57,665 nucleotides of DNA from a virus. Lineage: Duplodnaviria; Caudoviricetes. Below the pieces are notes generated by a model that saw only the letters and a program-made list of their open reading frames with translations, ran no database searches and was not told the DNA's origin. The position numbers and the translations under genes were made by a program. The DNA lies in IMG/VR virus record IMGVR_UViG_3300050132_000191, positions 1 through 57,665 of that record. The stretch is one strand, 5' to 3'. Positions 34,277 to 43,522 of this stretch are shown in pieces; position 1 is the first letter of the stretch, and every line of letters begins with the position of its first letter.

Positions 34277-35389
34277 TTACAGACCGTCGTAGTAGCCGAT
34301 GCACTCCGGATATACGACTTCCGTGGAGCCAAGACGACAGAAGTAGGTCGTTTTGTGGTAGATGCTGTCGAACTGGATTGGAGTGCGTTGCAGCAAAGTC
34401 ATCGGGAAGCGGATGCGGTTCTTTTCTTTCGTGTAAACCACAGCCCGGTCCACCGTCCCAGTGGTGCCGATTGTGCCACCAACACCGGCGCCGATGCACC
34501 ATTTCAACGGCAGAATTTCCAGCTTGCCCTTGCCCGATGTGGTCAGTAGGTTGTTGTCCTGGATGTACTTCAGGATGGAGCAATTACCGGCGCTGGATAC
34601 CTTTTGCGTGCTAATGAACCCGAACTGCGCGGGAGGGAGCATTAGGCGACCCGGAATCACAGCCCAAGCGGAAGCGGCCCACACAGATGTCAGCATGGTG
34701 TTCACATCCGCCAGAATTTCGTCCGGCGTCTTGCGTGCCCAATCCGTGTGGCCAGAAACGCCAGGTGCCAAGTTGGACACGTTGCTCACCAGTGCGTTGT
34801 TCACCAGCCCAGTGTCGCCCATGCTCGTGTCTCCGATGTAAACCTGTTCGTCGATGTCCATCTGATGCTTCAGTTGCAAGCCTTCAAACTTCTGTTGGTC
34901 CACAGGACGGCCCAAGCGTGCAGCACTTTCCAGTTCCAGGATGGTGTACTTCATTTCCATCGCCCAGGGACGCAGTTGATGCGGGATCTTGGCAATGTCG
35001 GCACTCACACCGGAGATCTGGTTCGTGTCTTTGCCGATCCAGGCCTTGCCGTTGCCGATACCGTTGCCGGTTCCCAAGCCACCGGAGGCGCCGAACGTGC
35101 TCAACGTAAAGCTGGACACTTCGTCCGCAATCGTCACGTCTTCGCGGAGGTCAATGTCCCGGCCCCATGTCACAGCAGCCAGCGGCTCATGCAGCGTCAA
35201 GTCCAAGCGTTCCAGCTCGCCAACCAGGAAGGCGCCAGTGCTGTCCACAGTGCGTCCGTCGTGCATCTTGTACGCGGTGCCCAGTGGTTTGCCCAACATA
35301 TTGCCCTTGGCGTCAATGGTGCGATAGCCGGAGTCGAAAGTCATCACGTCACGTGTTTTCATACGACGGGGAAGAATCAATTTGCTCAT
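34277..35389 (-). CDS. Major capsid protein (DUF2184-like, HK97 fold)
   Basis: 370 aa; DS.GAFL.GELERLD, TWGRDI, YTI.ELE, MDIDEQVYIGD, GL.N; SD AAGGA. Confidence 0.9.
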   Translation of the reverse strand: MSKLILPRRMKTRDVMTFDSGYRTIDAKGNMLGKPLGTAYKMHDGRTVDSTGAFLVGELERLDLTLHEPLAAVTWGRDIDLREDVTIADEVSSFTLSTFGASGGLGTGNGIGNGKAWIGKDTNQISGVSADIAKIPHQLRPWAMEMKYTILELESAARLGRPVDQQKFEGLQLKHQMDIDEQVYIGDTSMGDTGLVNNALVSNVSNLAPGVSGHTDWARKTPDEILADVNTMLTSVWAASAWAVIPGRLMLPPAQFGFISTQKVSSAGNCSILKYIQDNNLLTTSGKGKLEILPLKWCIGAGVGGTIGTTGTVDRAVVYTKEKNRIRFPMTLLQRTPIQFDSIYHKTTYFCRLGSTEVVYPECIGYYDGL

Positions 35390-35420
35390 TTTGTTTCCTT
35401 GAAGTTATGCGGCGAGCGGG

Positions 35421-35963
35421 TTAGATATTGAACGCAATTTCCGTGGCACCGGACGCATCCGAGCCGCCGTTGAAAGTCGCATTGGCCAGTTTCGTAGTAT
35501 TGCCCGAGCTATACACCGCCTCAAAGCCACCCAGCGTGTGAGTGCCTGTGCTGGCCTCTGACCACACATATACCGGGGCACCCTTCACCGCAGTTCCTAC
35601 CACCAGCGCCATGATGTACCCTGCTCGCAGCACGTCCATCACACCAGTGACGGGCGGTGTAGCGGCACCGAAAGAAGCAGCGCCAAAGTTGCTGGCGCTG
35701 GATTGTTGGAACGGATACGGGCGAACCGTAATACCATAACCCGAAGCAACCGTATCGGACTGGTCACCGGAAGCGTAGGGGCGAACCCCTTGGGTCGTTG
35801 CGTCCACCAGCACGGCCTGGCCATAAGCGGTAGGGGGTGCAGAAGCGTCAATGAGGCAGGGCTCAATACTGGCGGGGTGCGTGCGGTTCACGTCGCCAGG
35901 GAATCCCGCGCCCATGCGGAACGGGAAAGCGGCGTCATGTGTTTTCATGCGAATGGTTTTCAT
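35421..35963 (-). CDS. Capsid decoration/cement protein
   Basis: RM.AG.PG.V.R, GI.VRPYP, D.LR.GY, EIAFNI; between protease and MCP; SD GGAG. Confidence 0.8.
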   Translation of the reverse strand: MKTIRMKTHDAAFPFRMGAGFPGDVNRTHPASIEPCLIDASAPPTAYGQAVLVDATTQGVRPYASGDQSDTVASGYGITVRPYPFQQSSASNFGAASFGAATPPVTGVMDVLRAGYIMALVVGTAVKGAPVYVWSEASTGTHTLGGFEAVYSSGNTTKLANATFNGGSDASGATEIAFNI

Positions 35964-36003
35964 TTGCTATTGCTCCAAGAGTTTTGGCGTGAGGTTGAGA
36001 AAC

Positions 36004-37353
36004 TTACTGATCGGCGTACCGTTTGCGGTTCGCGGCATTCAAGTCCGCGATCGACATGGGGCCAGCCTTCCTTCCCCCATCCAGCACAGCCTTACCGGCC
36101 GTATTGTTCTGATTGTTCTCACTGCGCTTCATTGCTGAAGCAGAGCGGAATAGAGTGCGAATTGCATCGCACGTCATATGCTTGGTGTCGAGTGGCTGAC
36201 CGCCAAGCACGTCGTCCACAATGGCGCGGGTGCCGGGCTGTGCATAAGCAAGGTCCAACGCCTGGCGGCGGAAGCCGCAGATCTTCTTAAACGTGATGCT
36301 GACAGACTGCGCGGCGTCGAATGTCGGAATGCGGATCCCCGGCACCAGAATCTCGGCTTGCGCCACAGTGTCGCGGAAGCTGTCGCCAAGGTATGCGCTG
36401 TCCTTCGCCTTGGAGGCTTCTTCTTTCAGCTCCTCGGGTACTTCGTCCATCGCTTCCTTCTTCACCGCTTCCTCCTCTTCCGCGTCCTTGGTCTTCTTGT
36501 CGTCAGTGTCCCCACCAGCCACCAGCTTTTCCAACGCTTCAATCCGAGCAAACATTTCAGCGTGTTCGGTTTCGTTCTTGTCGACGTGGGCTTGGAAGTC
36601 GTCGTCCTTGGTAAACGAACCACCTTGGTCACCAGCTTCCCCTGCATGGATGTGGACGTGGGTTTCTCCACCCTCGCCTTCTTCTGCAGCGTCCTTGACT
36701 TCTTCCGCCAGCTTTTCAACTTCGGCAGCGTCCTTGGCCTTGAACGCTTTCATCAAAGCATCAAGGATTTTGGAAGGTTTATTTTTCATGGGAGTTTCCT
36801 CTTTTACGGTGATTGATTTGTGGTCGGCGATGGCGCAACGTGGTCCGCAACGCCCTTGCTCAACGAGAGCAATGTGGTTGATAATAATGTTGGACTGGCG
36901 CCCCATCCCGGGCGCTGTTTCCGTGTAGTCCGCTTCATAGCCCAGACTCACTTCCCGCTTGCCACTTTTCACAGCAGCAATCCCCTCGGGTGTCGTAATG
37001 AGCATATCGCCCAGCAGCAGGTCGTCCATTGCGCCAATACCCCGACGCACATTCATCAGAATACCATGCGTCAAGTCTTTCCAGACATCCGGCGTCACGT
37101 CGTCATCAGGGTGGTCATTTGTAACAGGCTTGCCCTGGGCGCTTGCAATGGTCTCGAAGCGAAAAATATCCATGTCCTCACGGAAAATCTTCACAATCCC
37201 TTCGGGGCCGGCTTCAATGGGAGTTTCGTCAGGCCCATACACCATCATCCCCGAACGCGCCACTGGCACCTCCTCACATAACAGAAACCCTTCCGGGGTC
37301 AGGCTCTGTTTGGGACCAATCTTTTCGGTCGTATAGAATAAACCGCGTGCCAT
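36004..37353 (-). CDS. Prohead protease (DUF2213-like) fused to scaffold
   Basis: TPEGFL, GKPVT.DHP, REVSLGY, NHIALV..GRCG; acidic helical C-terminal half. Confidence 0.88.
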   Translation of the reverse strand: MARGLFYTTEKIGPKQSLTPEGFLLCEEVPVARSGMMVYGPDETPIEAGPEGIVKIFREDMDIFRFETIASAQGKPVTNDHPDDDVTPDVWKDLTHGILMNVRRGIGAMDDLLLGDMLITTPEGIAAVKSGKREVSLGYEADYTETAPGMGRQSNIIINHIALVEQGRCGPRCAIADHKSITVKEETPMKNKPSKILDALMKAFKAKDAAEVEKLAEEVKDAAEEGEGGETHVHIHAGEAGDQGGSFTKDDDFQAHVDKNETEHAEMFARIEALEKLVAGGDTDDKKTKDAEEEEAVKKEAMDEVPEELKEEASKAKDSAYLGDSFRDTVAQAEILVPGIRIPTFDAAQSVSITFKKICGFRRQALDLAYAQPGTRAIVDDVLGGQPLDTKHMTCDAIRTLFRSASAMKRSENNQNNTAGKAVLDGGRKAGPMSIADLNAANRKRYADQ

Positions 37354-37389
37354 GGTGTTGTAAGGTGCTAAATGGTGGCTGGGGCCGAA

Positions 37390-38193
37390 TTATTGTTGTA
37401 CGTAGCTAAGGACGCCAGCCACGCTGGTTGTCGCTGCTGTAGTAAGGCATAATTGGAAGCCCGAAGCGGTTGTCATCACAGCGCCGGGGGTTGCATAGGA
37501 CAGCACCCCAACGGTCGCGGAGGGTTGCATTGCGCCAGTTAGTGCAGCCGCAGTCGTATCACAGTCAGCAGAAACGTGCGTACCCGAAGTGATTGTGACT
37601 GTGGGCGTGGTGCCCGCTGCTGTCATGCTATAGCCACAGACGTAGATGGATTTCCCCGCAGAAGCGTCAACCACCTTAGTCGTCGCGCTGGCGCCCTGGG
37701 CAATAACGGCGCTGGACTTGGCAATGCTATCAGACAAGCAAGGGTCAACCACTGGTCGCAAAGCAATTGCGGGCGCAGAGGTTCCGCTCATCCCGATAGT
37801 GCAGGTGGCAGTCAGCGCGGTGATGTGCAAGCGGGTTTGGCCATAACCCGCTGTGTCAATTCGCCAAGTGCCGGCAGCTCCAACGCTTGCAACCGATGCG
37901 CCACCCACAATCGGGTAAGCTCGCAGGGTGACCCAGACAGGAGCTCCCGTAACTTGGCTGGAACCTTGTACCGTGCCAACCAACCCGGTACAAGTACCGC
38001 TGACTTGGAGAACTGCGGTGCCCACATTGCTGGTGGTGAACGTGTAATCAGCGGGAGCGCTGTAGACAGCAGCGGGGCTGATCGCTGTGCCGATGTACGT
38101 CGGGTTCGTGTAGGGATACGCCGCATCCGCGAATACGGAGCTGGAGAAGCTCGCAGCGAGCGCCACAAGCGCAAGAGAAAGAAGTTTCTTCAT
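37390..38193 (-). CDS. Signal-peptide-bearing beta-rich protein
   Basis: MKKLLSLALVALAASFSSSVFA-D Sec-type signal; Thr/Ala/Gly-rich, 6 Cys. Confidence 0.8.
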   Translation of the reverse strand: MKKLLSLALVALAASFSSSVFADAAYPYTNPTYIGTAISPAAVYSAPADYTFTTSNVGTAVLQVSGTCTGLVGTVQGSSQVTGAPVWVTLRAYPIVGGASVASVGAAGTWRIDTAGYGQTRLHITALTATCTIGMSGTSAPAIALRPVVDPCLSDSIAKSSAVIAQGASATTKVVDASAGKSIYVCGYSMTAAGTTPTVTITSGTHVSADCDTTAAALTGAMQPSATVGVLSYATPGAVMTTASGFQLCLTTAATTSVAGVLSYVQQ

Positions 38194-38254
38194 AAAAAGA
38201 TTCCTTGAAGCAGTTGAATAAATGTGTTACGCTAAGGCGGGGTCGAACGATGTG

Positions 38255-38284
38255 ATTATAATAAGGTTGAGGTTGATAATACAA
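38255..38284 (-). promoter_or_regulatory. Putative sigma70-type promoter for 37390..38193
   Basis: TTGTAT-18-TATAAT in an AT-rich 120-bp gap. Confidence 0.5.
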
Positions 38285-38314
38285 TCGATAGTGACAGAGT
38301 ATCAAGGTCAATAA

Positions 38315-39091
38315 TTATTCCTCAATAAACACGGGCTCTGGATAGCAACGGCAATTCGGAAACATTCCGGCGTGCGTCTGCGTGCCGTCGGATAATATAG
38401 GTGCGGTATGCCAAGGGATCACTGCGCCATTCATTTCCTTATGGGACTTGCGAACATCGGCATCCCCGGAAGTCCGCCATACATAATGCGTCACGCCAAC
38501 GTGAAGGCTGCGGGCCATTGTCAGACCTGAAGCAGTGCGAGCCACCTCGGTCCTCGCAATCAATTTGGCGCGGGATTCTGTCACCTTACCCGTAGCAAGA
38601 ATATCCTTCGCAATCTCCTCCGCTCTGCGCCCGCTTGTCAGGCCTTCGAGCGTCAACTTATGCACGCGATTCGCAGCGTCAAGAGGTAGGGACGTGATGA
38701 GTATCACTTGTTCGTTCAGAAACTCACGGAGGAATTGGCCTGTTGGCGCGTCTTGCAGTTCCTTGCGTAACTCACGCCCCATACTGCGCCCCATCTGAAT
38801 CCAGGCGTTCTCCCCCTGCCGTGCTATGCGCCCCAACATCTTTTCAGCAACACTGCGGGCCCAGGGTTCAATTGTCTGGCTGTACGCCCTCAGAACCTTC
38901 TCGAGCTCCGCACTGTTCCTGACCACACCACCGGGTGCCATACCTTTCACAATGTGGTCAACTTGCCGCGTTAAATGGCGCAGGGCTCTCAGGTATTCCG
39001 CTTCCAACCTTTCAGCCAGGTGAAATCGCTCGCGAGCTTTCCTTCGCTGCTCGTTATCAGTTTCCGCGGGGCGGGGTTTGACAGTTGCCAT
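38315..39091 (-). CDS. MuF / SPP1 gp7-like head morphogenesis protein
   Basis: RAKLIARTE, YVWRTSGD..VR.SH, PNCRC. Confidence 0.9.
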   Translation of the reverse strand: MATVKPRPAETDNEQRRKARERFHLAERLEAEYLRALRHLTRQVDHIVKGMAPGGVVRNSAELEKVLRAYSQTIEPWARSVAEKMLGRIARQGENAWIQMGRSMGRELRKELQDAPTGQFLREFLNEQVILITSLPLDAANRVHKLTLEGLTSGRRAEEIAKDILATGKVTESRAKLIARTEVARTASGLTMARSLHVGVTHYVWRTSGDADVRKSHKEMNGAVIPWHTAPILSDGTQTHAGMFPNCRCYPEPVFIEE

Positions 39092-39164
39092 ACGGGTTAG
39101 ACGGGTATGAGCGGGCGCGTGCCAGTTTGGCCCCGGCTATTACCGAAAATGAGTGCCATGCTAG

Positions 39165-41003
39165 TTAACTCAGTTTACGCATTGTGACTAAAACTTCGCG
39201 AAGTGCTGGGTGCAGCGTCAATCGGTTCGCTTCCGCAAGCGTTGCCCAATGGGAGTCCGAGGATTCATTGTTAATCCGGACGTCGAACTCGTCCACATCC
39301 GCTTCGTACGTTGTGAACCCGTCCACGCTCACTACAGGCCGAAGCGGGCCAGTGTAATCAAACCCTGTCTCCTCCAACGTCTCGCGCCGTGCTGCATCAA
39401 TTTCGGATTCGTTTGCTTCGACGTGCCCCGCAGGGAGTGCCCAGTAACCGGGATAGTCCCCACCCGTTCCGCGCTTCAGCAATAACAAGCGCCCATCGGG
39501 GGTCCAGAAAATAATTCCGGAGCTGCGTGGCATGGCGTCCTTCGCTTTACCGTTGGCGGTGTTGTCAGCTTTGATTTCAGCAATTTCCACGTCTTCGGGA
39601 AGTGGTGGGGGTTCGCTTTCTGCTTCCTTGATTGCGTCGTCGGTGATGTTCGTGAAGATCCCTGTCACGTGGCTACTCTGACGCAATTCCTTCAGCGCAG
39701 TCACTCTGTCAATCAGCCCACCTTCTTCGGCCTTCGTAATCGTATCACCGACTGACTGGGCAATGGTGGCCTTCTGTACGTCGTCCAGTTGCCACAGTGA
39801 GCGGAAGTCTAGGCGTGTTCCGTCAGGAACCTGTATCCCCTCGCTTGCTGCCATTGCCCTGTAAATTGTGGTCAGCGGGACTCGGAGCTGCTGCTCCTGT
39901 TGCTGCTTGATGGTGTCATAATAGTTACGCAAGTCCGCGTCACCGCTGCTAAACCCGGCCGGGGACTGCCCAAACAGGCGTACAAGCGGGATCTGCAGGG
40001 CGCCCGATAGTTGCTGGCCAAACTGCACCAGCGCATCGCTAAGGCCCCCAAAGGCGCTATGCCCCTGGGCTGCAAAATCATCTTCCGCATCAAGAAGCGT
40101 GATTCCCTCGATTCCTTGGAAGCGGCGCATCATGTCCACGTATGAGGTTAGCCCAGCCAGCGCGTCACCCCCTGCCGCGACTACTTGCCGCAGGTCTTTG
40201 ATCTTGTAGGTCCGGAGGTAGGACTTATAGACAAGCTGCGCCGCGCCAGTAGTGGCGCTATCGAATGCAATCATGCGGTCATACAGTCGCTCCAGAACCG
40301 ACAAGCCCCAAAGGTTCTCCATCAACCTCTGCCAGTAAGGCAAGCGAATCCCTTCCAGTCGCAAGCATCGGGAGTAATGAATTTTTTGGCTGGAAAGGGC
40401 GGGCGCTTGCGCTGTTACGCGGTAGAACTTTGGCTGTCCTAGGGCTGGCCCATATTCTGTCACAAGATCGTTGAGCTGCGGCTCCACCATCCATCGGTCC
40501 AAGGACAGGAGACCCCGAAACTGACCCTTTCTGATTGTGTTGAGTCGTAAAGGCGTTCCGGGGTCCTGGCCATCAATCAAAATCACAGCAAGGGCGCCAC
40601 CGTACAGCCGCGCCCACTTAATCGTATCACCAATTGTATTCCAGATGCCAAGCTCTGTTGACACCTCGTCAAGCCGGGAAATGTCTTCGGGTTTTATTTC
40701 GCCTTTGAGCTCGACGCCTGCGCGTGTCATGTCATCGGCGACCACGTCCACAGCGATGCCGCCAATCCAAGACCCGCGATGTACCCACTCAAGAAGTGTT
40801 CTGTTTCTCGTTATCGGATTAAATCCGTAGGAGGCTGTGGTGAGCGGGTTGTCTGCCCCTATTCCCAAATTGTGCGCGAAATTTGTGAAACTGTCGAGGG
40901 TAGTTCCGTTCTTCGCAGCTTCCTCACGAACTTTCGTGTCAGCTTTCAATGCGCTGGCGGAGTCGCGCTGCACGCTCTTAGTCCGTTGCGGTTGCGTTGC
41001 CAT
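39165..41003 (-). CDS. Portal protein (DUF1073-like) with C-terminal Nudix hydrolase domain
   Basis: VD..ADDMTR, WARLYGG, IHYSR, IPLVRLFGQSPAG; then GHVEANESEIDAARRETLEETGF matches the Nudix box GX5EX7REUXEEXGU. Confidence 0.9.
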   Translation of the reverse strand: MATQPQRTKSVQRDSASALKADTKVREEAAKNGTTLDSFTNFAHNLGIGADNPLTTASYGFNPITRNRTLLEWVHRGSWIGGIAVDVVADDMTRAGVELKGEIKPEDISRLDEVSTELGIWNTIGDTIKWARLYGGALAVILIDGQDPGTPLRLNTIRKGQFRGLLSLDRWMVEPQLNDLVTEYGPALGQPKFYRVTAQAPALSSQKIHYSRCLRLEGIRLPYWQRLMENLWGLSVLERLYDRMIAFDSATTGAAQLVYKSYLRTYKIKDLRQVVAAGGDALAGLTSYVDMMRRFQGIEGITLLDAEDDFAAQGHSAFGGLSDALVQFGQQLSGALQIPLVRLFGQSPAGFSSGDADLRNYYDTIKQQQEQQLRVPLTTIYRAMAASEGIQVPDGTRLDFRSLWQLDDVQKATIAQSVGDTITKAEEGGLIDRVTALKELRQSSHVTGIFTNITDDAIKEAESEPPPLPEDVEIAEIKADNTANGKAKDAMPRSSGIIFWTPDGRLLLLKRGTGGDYPGYWALPAGHVEANESEIDAARRETLEETGFDYTGPLRPVVSVDGFTTYEADVDEFDVRINNESSDSHWATLAEANRLTLHPALREVLVTMRKLS

Positions 41004-41117
41004 GGGTAAGTATGCTCCGTCGCCTGTAGGGGGTGTTTGAGCGGCGATGTGCCGCACGCAATGGAGCGGAGTATAACGGGGGGCGCCCCAGCAATCAAGC
41101 TGGGTGGGTGAACGGTG

Positions 41118-42080
41118 TCAAGGTACTGCGACATCCTTGCTCAGATAGTTTACTTGGTCTTTGAGTGCCAGCTTTTGGTTATGTGCTTGCTTGCGTTCTG
41201 CTTTGTTCACGTTGTTCGCTAGATCAGCAGCGATCCAGTCGGCTTCGGTGGGCTGTGGCTTGGGTTGTTCTGTTTGCATGGGTGCATTGTAGGTGATAAT
41301 AACCGCTCTACCAGGGCGCCAGCCTTGCGGAATATCAGCATCCGGTTTGATAAGTTTAGAATTCTGCCCGTCCGTAACCCATTTTCTGCCAGCCCTATTA
41401 GCACTCTTTCTTTCACGCTCCGCAGGGTTACTCCAACGATTTTTCGCCGCGTTGCTCATCTTTACCAACTCTCCAGGTTTAGCCCAGCGTGCGATTGCGG
41501 AAATACTTACTTTCTCACGCTCTTCCACTTTAGAAAATCTTGTTTTGGCGGAAATACTATTCTTTAGTCTCGCTTCGGGTGAGCTTAGTACAGCAGTTCT
41601 ATTGCGTTGACTTTCCGGAGTGTGCATTTGAGCCACCCGGAGATGAAACGCTTCCGGGTGCTTCCTTATTGTTTCTTTAGCCGCTTTGCTTTGTTTTAAT
41701 TTAGTTTCCGGTTTATCCATACCAGCTTGATACTTTGCTCGGCAGACAGGATCTGCCCATGGGGTAGTCACAAGAGTTTTTAATGTTTGTCTTGTCTGCT
41801 CGCTATGCTTACATCCAGAAGAACCCTCGCCTCCATCCGTGCGATTTGTGAGTTTGCACCCCATCCTACGAAAGCAACCCATCAAGAAAATTTCGTGCTC
41901 AAAAGCCTCGACTTCTAACTCCCAGCGAGCAACAATTTCCACCTTTATCCCATACTTAGCGACAGTATTTTTCCAGTAAGGGTTCCTACCTCCTGGGTCA
42001 TGCGCCCGTCGTCCCTTGCCCTTCCCAATATAGAAAACTGCATTGTCAGATTCGCGGCGGTGTAAATAGGTGTAGAACAT
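41118..42080 (-). mobile_element. Free-standing GIY-YIG-type homing endonuclease with NUMOD3-like repeats
   Basis: FYTY...FYIGKG..RRA, LTN.TDGGEG..G.KHSEQTR, repeated basic helices; visibly more AT-rich; sits between terL and portal. Confidence 0.82.
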
Positions 42081-42094
42081 GACTTTATTTTAAC

Positions 42095-43522
42095 TTATTT
42101 TCCAAGTTTTGCCCACGTCGATAAAGTCGTGTTATTCACGAGCTCGTTGAACGCCCGAGAAGTGGCGTCAACTTGATCGTCGTACTTCCCGTGGTCAAAC
42201 TCGCACAGTTCGTCAAGGTACTCTGTATTCCAGTCACCTTCCAAAATATCAACATTACCAGCCTCCGCCTGAGCTGCCATGGGGAGTGCCCGTATCCATT
42301 TCGAGCCGCTCTCCGTGCTGCTCGCAACAATGTACCCAGCAAGCTGGCCGACCTGATAGGTGGCCTGCGCCTTCCCCGCTGCACCCGGATCTTGTGGGAA
42401 ACTCTGGGCGCAAGTATATCCGTCCTGGGACGCGGTGGATTTGATTAGTCTGTCAACACCAGCTGGCGAAAGTTGTGCTCTGGTGGCATTCACAATGATG
42501 AAGCGCCCCTCCTTCGTGCGCCCCAGCTTCACTCCCGCAGTGTAATCGCCAGCCCCTTCCGTTGCAGCGAAGTCCCAACCCCGAATCATCTTCGTTCCCA
42601 GCGGCACAGCTTGCACGACGTTGAACCAGTGCCGTTTATACAGCCCGCCACCGCGTGGCGCTGGACGTTGCTGAAGCTGCCCAGCGGTTGCATAGCTCCC
42701 CATCTGCTTTTCAAGCGCCTTGACTGTGACTTCGCTAAACCGTTCAGGAAACAGTAGTTCCCCTTCCACCTTGCGTGGATCCGTAAACCCCAGGAACGTG
42801 GTGCATCTGCGTTCTGCTTCAAATCGCATCGGCAGCATCAAGTGAGTATATCCGAGGTCCTCGTTAAGAATAATCCCGGAGGTATCCTTTTCATTCAGCC
42901 GCTGCATAATGACCACAATGGCTGACGCTTCGTTGTTCACCCGCGTTGGCAATGCTTCCGTGAATGTGAGCCTTGCAGCTTCCAAGTCCGCATCACTGTT
43001 CGCGCTGTCAACCGATAAGGGGTCATCCAGCAACACCCTGTCACCCCGCGAACCCGTCATGGAGCCAAAGGGCATACACTCACGGAACCCCGTTTGGTCG
43101 TTCTCGAACTTTGTCTTCGCGTTCTGGTCGCCCGTAAACTTGATGGGCCAGCGGGCTTGATACCATTCGGACTGAAGGAGGCGCCGGCACTTTAAGTTAT
43201 CACGGACTGCTAGGGTTTCTTTGTGAGCGGTGCCAAGATAGCGATAGGAGGGATGCTCCTTCGGTCCCCATTCCCAGGCGGGCCAGAACACACCAACGAG
43301 CAGGGACTTCATGCACCCTGGCGGGACATTCATGAGGAGCTTGAGAATGTCCCCATTCGTTACCGCTTCAAGGTGCTGGCAAATTGCGTCAAGTGACCAG
43401 CCCCATCTAAGTGGCGCGGCGGGCTCCAGGACGTGCCAAGCCGCACGCACGAACCCAGCGAAGGACCGAGCTGCGATTGCCCGGTCTAGTTCAATCTCAC
43501 TTGGGAGCAGCATCAGGGGCAC
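42095..43522 (-). CDS. terL: Terminase large subunit
   Basis: NVPPGCMKS Walker A, VLLDDP Walker B, IMQRL, WDFA, DYTAG, DDQVDA nuclease motifs. Confidence 0.93.
   Translation of the reverse strand: MPLMLLPSEIELDRAIAARSFAGFVRAAWHVLEPAAPLRWGWSLDAICQHLEAVTNGDILKLLMNVPPGCMKSLLVGVFWPAWEWGPKEHPSYRYLGTAHKETLAVRDNLKCRRLLQSEWYQARWPIKFTGDQNAKTKFENDQTGFRECMPFGSMTGSRGDRVLLDDPLSVDSANSDADLEAARLTFTEALPTRVNNEASAIVVIMQRLNEKDTSGIILNEDLGYTHLMLPMRFEAERRCTTFLGFTDPRKVEGELLFPERFSEVTVKALEKQMGSYATAGQLQQRPAPRGGGLYKRHWFNVVQAVPLGTKMIRGWDFAATEGAGDYTAGVKLGRTKEGRFIIVNATRAQLSPAGVDRLIKSTASQDGYTCAQSFPQDPGAAGKAQATYQVGQLAGYIVASSTESGSKWIRALPMAAQAEAGNVDILEGDWNTEYLDELCEFDHGKYDDQVDATSRAFNELVNNTTLSTWAKLGK

Noticed and set aside
34748-36928. 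Long + strand ORFs (227, 212, 211 aa) opposite the capsid and protease genes
   Set aside because: Antisense shadows of strongly biased codon usage; no SD or motifs
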